A stretch of 60,161 bases of DNA from NCBI GenBank assembly GCA_003519445.1, contig DOWS01000020.1, positions 1 through 60,161 on the forward strand, read 5' to 3'. Source of the stretch: Candidatus Daviesbacteria bacterium (lineage in GTDB: Bacteria > Patescibacteriota > Microgenomatia > Daviesbacterales > UBA10151). Positions within the stretch are counted from its first letter, which is position 1. Each line of letters starts with the position of its first letter. This document shows positions 25,258 to 32,647 of this stretch, piece after piece. A program made the position numbers and the translations under genes. The notes below the pieces were generated by a model. The model was not told the DNA's origin. It was given only the letters and a program-made list of their open reading frames with translations, and did not search any database.

Positions 25258-25978
25258 CTGCAGAAAATAATGGATAAAAAATATCTTCTTTCTCGGGAAT
25301 ACTAAAATCATAAAAACTTTTGGTAAATTCTATGTATGAAACATCTGTAATAATAGCCAATGGTGTTTGTTCCGATCCCTCCCCCATTTCCAAAACCGCA
25401 GAGGTAGCCAAACTATCAGGAAGATTTGATGTTTCCATTTCAAACTTTCTTCCAAAAATATCTTTGGTTCCTCTGTAATCTCTTATTGGTTTAAATCCAA
25501 AATATCCTATAGCCACTCCCACTACACCCCGTCGCAGAGGCACAAGTCTTGAATCTGTTATTATTATTCCCAGATTTTTTACTTTAAACTTTTGGCTTAA
25601 AAACTGCCAAATTTTTTTGGCAGCGGCCTGCGGATCTTTTGGCCACAGCACATAAAATCCGTCCCCATTACTTTCATCTATTCCGGCAGATGCAATAAAT
25701 AAATTATTTTTTATGGTATGCAAAACAAGTCCGTGAGGAACTGTATTTCTGGGGAGATACTTATCAGTTTCTTTAATAGCCAACTCATCTTTGTTTTTAA
25801 ATTTCTCTATAGCTATGCATCTACCTTCACCAATTGAAACCACTTTGGAAGTTACTGCCACAACAGAATTTTCTTCCAAAGATTTTATACTTCCCAAAAG
25901 TTCCCAAAGATTATCTTTAGGAGGCATAAATTTTCTGGTTTTTATTGCCTTGGTAATCACAATGTGATAGTTTAACAT
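25226..25978 (-). CDS. CofE-like (F420-0:gamma-glutamyl ligase family) protein
   Basis: VAVTSKVVSIGEGR, ASAGIDESN, IIITDSRLVPLRRGVVGVAIGYFGF. Confidence 0.6.
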   Translation of the reverse strand: MLNYHIVITKAIKTRKFMPPKDNLWELLGSIKSLEENSVVAVTSKVVSIGEGRCIAIEKFKNKDELAIKETDKYLPRNTVPHGLVLHTIKNNLFIASAGIDESNGDGFYVLWPKDPQAAAKKIWQFLSQKFKVKNLGIIITDSRLVPLRRGVVGVAIGYFGFKPIRDYRGTKDIFGRKFEMETSNLPDSLATSAVLEMGEGSEQTPLAIITDVSYIEFTKSFYDFSIPEKEDIFYPLFSAVKWKKGGGGI

Positions 25979-25982
25979 CTAC

Positions 25983-27428
25983 ATGACCCGTTCTCAACTT
26001 TTTTTACTTCTCTTAATTCTTGCTCTGGGACTGTTTTTGCGGACATACAAAATTGTGGACAGGATGGATTTTGGCCACGACGCCGATCTATATTCCTGGA
26101 TTGTTAAAGATATTGTTGTCAATCACCATTTTAGGTTGATTGGTCAACTAACTTCCGCCCCGGGAATTTATATTGGCCCATTGTTTTATTATTTTTTAGT
26201 TCCCTTTTTTATCTTGACCAAGATGGATCCTGTTGGCGCAACTATACCCGCTGTTTTATTAGGTCTTGCAACAATAATAAGTTATTACTGGGTTTTTTCT
26301 AAAATTTTTAATGAGAAAGTCGGGTTATTGGGAGCGTTATTGTATGCAATACTCCCTGCAACCGTTAGTCTTGACAGGTGGATTGTGCCAACAATAACTA
26401 CTCCTCTTTGGTCTATCTGGTATTTTTACGCAATCATCATGGTATCCCGCGGAAGATTTCAATTTTTTTGGCTGCTGGGCTTATCTTTCGGGCTCATCTG
26501 GCATATTCATATTGCCTTAATTCCCGTTTTATTAACTCTTCCATTCGCTATATTTTTTTCCAAAAAACTTCCGGATTTAAAAAATATAGCTGTTTTTCTC
26601 ATATTTTTATTTGCAACATCCGCGCCATTAATTTTATTTGAATTCAAACACAATTTCAGTCAAACTTTCAGCCTGATAAATAATTTCGGATTGCAACAGG
26701 AAGACGGCCCAACAGGTTTTTACAGATTTCAGGTTATTTTGGGAATGTTAAATAAAAATGTCCAGCAGCTTCTTTTTATACCCTTCACTGCCGCTATTTT
26801 ATTATCTGGGATTTTATTAATAAAAACTAAATTAATTGCGTTAAGAGAAACAATGCTTATGGGTATCTGGATCATTGGCCCTTTTTTGTTTTTTTACTTT
26901 TCCTCCTCACCTCTATCAGAATATTATTTTTCCAATACCAATGTAGTATTTTTAGTAATTGCCTCTTTACTTATTTTTGCTCTATATAAATCCTCAAAAA
27001 AAGGTTTATTTGTTTCTCTGGCTATATTATTTTTTATTCTTATTAGAAGTTTTTATTTATTTTTGAACCAGGATTATTATGCTAAGGGTTACCCGGAGAA
27101 AAAATCTGCGGTTGATTATATGGTAAATGACGCAAAGCAAAAAAACTTCCCCTGTTTTTCCATAAACTACATCACCTCGCCCGGAGAAAATGTAGGTTTC
27201 AGGTATTTTCTTTTCCTTAAAAACGCCCATATTGCCGTAGCAGGGCGGGGAAGCCCGGTGTATAACATTGTCATACCCGATGAGTATGCTCTAAATGAGG
27301 TAAAAGTAAAATTTGGCCATATCGGGATAATACCTCTAACCCAGATCCCTTCACAAGATTTAATGAATGATGCCTGCAGCGGCCAAAATACCAATCTAAC
27401 TGATCCTATGCTTGGATATGTGGAATGA
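25983..27428 (+). CDS. GT-C membrane glycosyltransferase (ArnT/PMT-like), paralog family member
   Basis: >10 TM. FGHDADLYSWIVKDI...LIGQLTSAPGIYIGPLFYYFLVP. Confidence 0.7.
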   Translation: MTRSQLFLLLLILALGLFLRTYKIVDRMDFGHDADLYSWIVKDIVVNHHFRLIGQLTSAPGIYIGPLFYYFLVPFFILTKMDPVGATIPAVLLGLATIISYYWVFSKIFNEKVGLLGALLYAILPATVSLDRWIVPTITTPLWSIWYFYAIIMVSRGRFQFFWLLGLSFGLIWHIHIALIPVLLTLPFAIFFSKKLPDLKNIAVFLIFLFATSAPLILFEFKHNFSQTFSLINNFGLQQEDGPTGFYRFQVILGMLNKNVQQLLFIPFTAAILLSGILLIKTKLIALRETMLMGIWIIGPFLFFYFSSSPLSEYYFSNTNVVFLVIASLLIFALYKSSKKGLFVSLAILFFILIRSFYLFLNQDYYAKGYPEKKSAVDYMVNDAKQKNFPCFSINYITSPGENVGFRYFLFLKNAHIAVAGRGSPVYNIVIPDEYALNEVKVKFGHIGIIPLTQIPSQDLMNDACSGQNTNLTDPMLGYVE

Positions 27429-27431
27429 GAT

Positions 27432-28778
27432 TTAAAGACGGTAACCTGCTTCTCCGTGAACAGCCAAATCCAACCCTTTGGCTTCCTCATTAAGAGTTAC
27501 GCGAAGCTCTGTAATAATTTTAACCAGTTTCAATATTACATAAGTGCCAACAAAAGAATATGCCGCCACCACCAAAACAGCCAAAATTTGCAATAAAACC
27601 TGACCGGGATTGCCAAAAAGTAAACCATTGCTGCCGACACTGTTAATAGCTTTTTCCGCAAATACGCCGGTTAAAATCGCCCCGGTCACTCCCCCCATTC
27701 CATGAGCTGCCCAAACATCCAAAGTATCATCAATCCTGGTGTGTAAACTGCGGAAACTCAAAGATAGGTAAGTAACGACACCAGCAAATATGCCAATGGC
27801 AATGGAAGATATCGGGCCGACAAAACCGCTGGCCGGAGTAATTGCCACCAATCCGCACACGGCTCCGGTGGCGGTTGCTAGGGCAGAGGGTTTTTTGTCT
27901 TGCGCCCAGGAAAGAATCATCCAGACTAAGGCTGATGCAGCTGCCGCAGTATTGGTTACCACGAACGCACTCACTGCCAAACCGGATGCTGCCAGAGCCG
28001 ATCCCGCATTAAATCCAAACCAGCCAAACCAAAGCAGACCTGCGCCTAAAAGAACAGTCGGAACATTGTTAGCTACTATTTTATGAGTAGCGTTTTTTCT
28101 TCTGCCAACTAAAATTGCTGCTGCCAAAGCGGAAAAACCCGCAGTGATGTGTACCACAGTTCCTCCGGCAAAATCCAGAGCCCCCAAGGAACGAAGCCAC
28201 CCTCCCACACCCCAAACCCAATGTGCCACCGGGTCATAGATAAAAGTAGTCCACATTAAAACAAATATGACCAGCGCCCTGAAACGGATTCTTTCCACAA
28301 AGGCTCCGATAATTAACGCTGGGGTGATAATGGCAAACATGGCTTGAAAAATCATAAAAGCAAGTTGTGGAATAGTTGAGGCATAATCCGGATTTGGCGC
28401 AAAACCAACGCTTTTTAAGGCAAGAAAATTAAAACCTCCTATTAAACCATTAATATCCTTGCCAAAAACCAGACTGTAACCCAAAATCACCCATTGCAAC
28501 GAAACCAAGGCTAAAATAACCAAAGAATGTTTAATCACCGAAACTACATTTTTGCTACTCACCATACCTCCATAGAAAAACCCCACTGCCGGGGTCATAA
28601 TCATCACCAAAGCTGCCGCCATCAAAACCCAGGCTGTATCTCCTGTGTTTATGGCGCCCAGATCAAAACTGCCTGCAGAAGTGCCGGCTAATTTAGTAGC
28701 CATATACCCTGTAAATAACCCTAAAAGTACCAATAAAAAGGTCAGTCTTTTTAAATTCATTTTTAAAAATTGTTCCAT
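27432..28778 (-). CDS. amt: ammonium transporter
   Basis: 11-12 TM. DFAGGTVVHITAGFSALAAA, AHGMGGVTGAILTGVFA. Confidence 0.9.
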   Translation of the reverse strand: MEQFLKMNLKRLTFLLVLLGLFTGYMATKLAGTSAGSFDLGAINTGDTAWVLMAAALVMIMTPAVGFFYGGMVSSKNVVSVIKHSLVILALVSLQWVILGYSLVFGKDINGLIGGFNFLALKSVGFAPNPDYASTIPQLAFMIFQAMFAIITPALIIGAFVERIRFRALVIFVLMWTTFIYDPVAHWVWGVGGWLRSLGALDFAGGTVVHITAGFSALAAAILVGRRKNATHKIVANNVPTVLLGAGLLWFGWFGFNAGSALAASGLAVSAFVVTNTAAAASALVWMILSWAQDKKPSALATATGAVCGLVAITPASGFVGPISSIAIGIFAGVVTYLSLSFRSLHTRIDDTLDVWAAHGMGGVTGAILTGVFAEKAINSVGSNGLLFGNPGQVLLQILAVLVVAAYSFVGTYVILKLVKIITELRVTLNEEAKGLDLAVHGEAGYRL

Positions 28779-30202
28779 AAAACCTGATTAGTTACTTCAT
28801 GATGATAAATAATTTCCGAAGTTTTGATCAGTTTGCCCAACTCTTTAGGACTTCTGTCTGCCACTGTTTCCTTAAAAGATAGGTATTTTTGTTTGTTTTC
28901 TTCACCCAAAATTTTGGCAGTAAAGTCGCTTGCTTTAAAAAGCCTGATGGCATCATGAATTGTGCCGGGCAGAAACCTTAATCTGACCCTCCTATTTTTT
29001 GATTGAGCCGGCTTTTTGCCTTCCAGCCCGGTTTTTAAAATAGTAAACAAAGCCAAATACGGATTTGTATCAGGAGCTACAGAGCGGATTTCAATTCTGG
29101 CTGTTTTTTCATTACCTGTTGGAATCCTGATCATGGAACCCCGGTCAATAGGAGAAACTTTTATCTGGTTGGGGGCTTCAAAATAAGGATCTAATCTTCT
29201 ATAAGCATTGACGCTGGAATTTAAAATCAGGCAAATTTCCGGAGCATGGTTTAATATCCTAAAGATAAAATCCCACGCTAGCTCCGATAAGGTATCCTGA
29301 CCGTTTTTTTGATAAAAAATATTTTTCCCGTTTTTGGCCATAGAGAAATTAGTATGCATGCCTGACCCATTAATATTGGCAATAGGTTTTGGCAGAAAAG
29401 TCGCTGTCATACCCATATTGTTAGCCACTTGCCGGCACACCAGTTTATAAAGCTGTATTTGATCGCAGGCTCTAACTACTTCGGTATAACTAAAATTCAA
29501 TTCAAATTGCGATGGGGCTACTTCCGGATGATCTTTTTCGTTTTTAAAACCCATTGCTCTTTGAGCTTCTGCCGCGGCGTCTATAAATTTGCGCAACCGG
29601 TCAAGCGGCAAAGAATGGAAATAACCGCCGGTGGAAATTAATTTAAAACCAATATCTTCATCAAAACTCTGCTCCGCGCCAACACCTTCTACCAGAAACC
29701 CTTCGGTTTCCGTAGCCGTATGCACAACAATTCCCTCTGTTTCCTTAAGATTCTTTGTATATAATTTTAGCTGACCTCTAAAATCCGATATATAAGGAGT
29801 CTTGTCCCTACCAAGAACATCGGCAAACATGACCACTTTTCCTCCTCCAAATACATCTGACGGAAGAAAAATTATACTGGCCCAATCTACCTCCAACCTT
29901 AAATCCGATTCATGAAGTGCAGTAAAACCCTTGATGGATGATCCGTCAAAAGTTAAATTGGAAGCAGATTCCAAAAGATATTTTTTATCATAATCCAGCA
30001 TATGAAACCTACCCTCAATGTCTGTAAAACAAAGCGTCACTGCCTTAATCCTTTTTTCTTTTTTCAGGTATAACCTATATTCTTCTTCCAAAACTTTGTT
30101 GCTGACTGTGTGTTGTCTTTCTTTGGCCTTCAGATTCATTTCTTCCAGCTCTTCGTAGGGGATTTCCAGAAAGTTTTTTAACAAAATACTGTTATCTTGC
30201 AT
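28763..30202 (-). CDS. glnA: glutamine synthetase family protein
   Basis: FDGSSI, NGSGMHTNFS, IRIPTGNEKTARIEIRSVAPDTNPY. Confidence 0.85.
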   Translation of the reverse strand: MQDNSILLKNFLEIPYEELEEMNLKAKERQHTVSNKVLEEEYRLYLKKEKRIKAVTLCFTDIEGRFHMLDYDKKYLLESASNLTFDGSSIKGFTALHESDLRLEVDWASIIFLPSDVFGGGKVVMFADVLGRDKTPYISDFRGQLKLYTKNLKETEGIVVHTATETEGFLVEGVGAEQSFDEDIGFKLISTGGYFHSLPLDRLRKFIDAAAEAQRAMGFKNEKDHPEVAPSQFELNFSYTEVVRACDQIQLYKLVCRQVANNMGMTATFLPKPIANINGSGMHTNFSMAKNGKNIFYQKNGQDTLSELAWDFIFRILNHAPEICLILNSSVNAYRRLDPYFEAPNQIKVSPIDRGSMIRIPTGNEKTARIEIRSVAPDTNPYLALFTILKTGLEGKKPAQSKNRRVRLRFLPGTIHDAIRLFKASDFTAKILGEENKQKYLSFKETVADRSPKELGKLIKTSEIIYHHEVTNQVLWNNF

Positions 30203-30239
30203 ATATTAATACTAAAAATAACAAGTATTAATATAATTG

Positions 30240-31112
30240 TCAAGATATTAATTTTAAATTCTGTGGAATTAATGGCAAAAGGTCACTGGCCAATGCCCCT
30301 GCTTCACCTATTTTCTCTCTTAATATTTCCCCTGCCATACCATGAATATAAACACCAACGCACGAAGCATCAAAAGTTGTCAATCCTTGAGCAATCAATC
30401 CTGCAATGACTCCTGCCAACACATCTCCTGTACCGGCAGTTGCTAAAATAGGATTTGCAAAAGGGGAAATAGCGGTTTGAGTAGAAGAAGCGATAACTGT
30501 ATTTGCTCCTTTTAGAACCACTACCTGTCCCCACTCATCTGCAAAGTTTTGGGCAATTTTTTCTCTATCTGCTTGAATCTCTTCTATGCTTAACCCTGTT
30601 AATCTGGACATTTCACCCGGGTGTGGAGTCAAAACTGCGCTATTGCCATAGTTTTCCAATAGTTTATCCCATTCTTTAATCTCGGATAAAATATTTAACC
30701 CATCCCCATCTATTACAAATGTTAAATCCCCTATACCCATTTTAAGCATACGGTAAATAAACTTTGCAGTTCCCTCTTTTTTATTAAGACCCGGACCAAT
30801 AAGTATTACATCATGAGAAATTTTCGCGAAAAGTACATCCAAAGCCATCTCTCCTATTACTCCGTCTTCCTCTGGTAAAACAATAAAAGTGACTTCAGGT
30901 AACTTTTTACTGACAATATTTTGAACAACAGGAATGGTGGCAAGAGTTACCAATCCGGCTCCAACTCTATAACACCCTGCACAAGATAAATATGCAGCCC
31001 CGGGATAATTTTTGGATCCGGCCACTACTAAAACTTTCCCAAAAGTCCCCTTATTGGCATCTTTTGGTCTTTTGGGTAATTTACCAGCTACCCACTCTTT
31101 GGAAATAATCAC
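30240..31112 (-). CDS. nnrD: ADP-dependent NAD(P)H-hydrate dehydratase
   Basis: GTFGKVLVVAGSKNYPGAAYL, LTPHPGE, GTGDVLAGVIAGL. GTG start. Confidence 0.85.
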   Translation of the reverse strand: MIISKEWVAGKLPKRPKDANKGTFGKVLVVAGSKNYPGAAYLSCAGCYRVGAGLVTLATIPVVQNIVSKKLPEVTFIVLPEEDGVIGEMALDVLFAKISHDVILIGPGLNKKEGTAKFIYRMLKMGIGDLTFVIDGDGLNILSEIKEWDKLLENYGNSAVLTPHPGEMSRLTGLSIEEIQADREKIAQNFADEWGQVVVLKGANTVIASSTQTAISPFANPILATAGTGDVLAGVIAGLIAQGLTTFDASCVGVYIHGMAGEILREKIGEAGALASDLLPLIPQNLKLIS

Positions 31113-31118
31113 AAAACT

Positions 31119-31127
31119 ATTTTACCA
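31119..31127 (-). promoter_or_regulatory. extended -10 (TGG-TAAAAT), 6 nt upstream of GTG 31112
   Basis: Minus strand: tggTAAAAT-agtttt-GTG. Confidence 0.45.
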
Positions 31128-31140
31128 CTTTGTTAAAATT

Positions 31141-31180
31141 ACACCCTTGGGGTGGAATAGGTTGACACCTACGGATATTT
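31141..31180 (+). repeat. 40-nt REP-like repeat, orphan copy A
   Basis: acacccttggggtggaataggttgacacctacggatattt. About 95% identical to 49989-50028 and 50706-50745, same orientation. Confidence 0.9.
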
Positions 31181-31221
31181 TAGTTACTTTGAGCCCAAAA
31201 CAATATGAAAATGTTGGAAAT

Positions 31222-31245
31222 TTAGTTAGGATAATGACACTTTTT
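31222..31245 (-). pseudogene. relic copy of the secA 3' end (KKCHYPN-stop)
   Basis: Minus strand aaa aag tgt cat tat cct aac taa versus secA aag aag tgt cat tat cct aat taa (32671-32648). The 17-nt core 31226-31242 is identical to 32652-32668. Confidence 0.75.
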
Positions 31246-31271
31246 GAAATGTTATACAAATAGGTACCTTA

Positions 31272-32630
31272 CTAATAACCAATACTTAGTTTGGCTCTCG
31301 ATAAATCTATTGAAACAAGTGTTTTATTATTTGAGTGATCTTTGAAGAATAGTATTCCATTTTTTTCTTCCGTATATGAATTGATCATCTTATCTCTAAT
31401 TTCTTCTATCTTTGAAGTAGTTTGTGTATTAAACTCCTTTGCCTCCATTAAATTTGTTAATGCTAATTTTTGTAAATCAACTAAATAAACATCTAAGATC
31501 GAACTGATCAGGGGAACTTTGAGACTTGGGCCTCTCCCTACTGCCCGCATAAAGATTATATATCTTTTATCTTGTGATAAGTACGATTGCATGTTTACAT
31601 CTGAGTACGATCTTAGGCTGAGTTCGTCTGAAATTTTCCCATCAAATACTTTTACCGGAAACTCTCCAGAAGCTAAAGAATATACTCCATCGGAGGCGAG
31701 TAGATAATATTTTTCATTAACTTTGGGTGAAATAGATATGAATGTTGGAAACTTTACAATAGGCTTATTTATTACTGAATAAAGTCCATGTTCCTTAATA
31801 TATTTGTCTTGGTCTACGGGGATTTCCTCCCATTGCTTATTCTTATTGTTAAAAATAGAGATATTTCCCTTACAATATGCTCCTATAGATGCAGTGAGTG
31901 TAATAGTATCATTGTCATTAAAAATTGCTTCTGGGAAGCATTGATTTTTATATATGTCTTGTTTTGCATAAGTTTTAATGTAGTCAGTCGTAATATCCAT
32001 TTGCATCACACCATCCCAGGAACTCATCCAAAGAATAAAGCCTTGCGAGGCAAGGGATAAGTTTATTTTACGACCATCGTAAACATGGGGATTATTTTCT
32101 AAATCTTTTCTAATGTCAAAAGGGTTAGGCAAGGGAGGAATTTCACTAAAATATGTTTTAACAATACTGCTGTTCGGTAGATCAATTTTATATAAAACAG
32201 AATAGGTAAGGCTACTATTCTGGGGAAGGTCTTGCCGCTCATAACAACTTATATACAAACTAGTCCCAACAAGAGCTGAATCATTAATACAATCTAAAAC
32301 ATTTGTGTTGTTTTGGCGAATAATTTTTTGGCTGTCAGGGTCATATTCAACTATCTTATTATAGCCAACGATTAATAAGTGATTATTATATTTATGGATC
32401 TGCCGATAATCTATGAAGTGGGGTAAATCATTCAGACTAAGTTTATCAAAATTTGGTACATAATTAATTAAAATATTAGGAATTATCTCATTTTTTACAT
32501 CAGTGCCAATTTTTAATTTTTCTTTTAGTTGAGGCGAAAAAGTTAAAATTCCCACTCCTATAATTGCCAAAATAATAAGAATAAAATATACGGAAACAAA
32601 CCCTCTATGCATTAAAATTAATAATATCAC
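31272..32630 (-). CDS. membrane-anchored hypothetical protein (452 aa), visibly lower GC
   Basis: N-terminal TM, then an Asn/Lys/Ile-rich, beta-rich-looking ectodomain. No motif recognised. Flanked by the secA 3'-end duplication. Confidence 0.5.
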   Translation of the reverse strand: MILLILMHRGFVSVYFILIILAIIGVGILTFSPQLKEKLKIGTDVKNEIIPNILINYVPNFDKLSLNDLPHFIDYRQIHKYNNHLLIVGYNKIVEYDPDSQKIIRQNNTNVLDCINDSALVGTSLYISCYERQDLPQNSSLTYSVLYKIDLPNSSIVKTYFSEIPPLPNPFDIRKDLENNPHVYDGRKINLSLASQGFILWMSSWDGVMQMDITTDYIKTYAKQDIYKNQCFPEAIFNDNDTITLTASIGAYCKGNISIFNNKNKQWEEIPVDQDKYIKEHGLYSVINKPIVKFPTFISISPKVNEKYYLLASDGVYSLASGEFPVKVFDGKISDELSLRSYSDVNMQSYLSQDKRYIIFMRAVGRGPSLKVPLISSILDVYLVDLQKLALTNLMEAKEFNTQTTSKIEEIRDKMINSYTEEKNGILFFKDHSNNKTLVSIDLSRAKLSIGY

Positions 32631-32647
32631 ATACTAGAAACTAGAAA

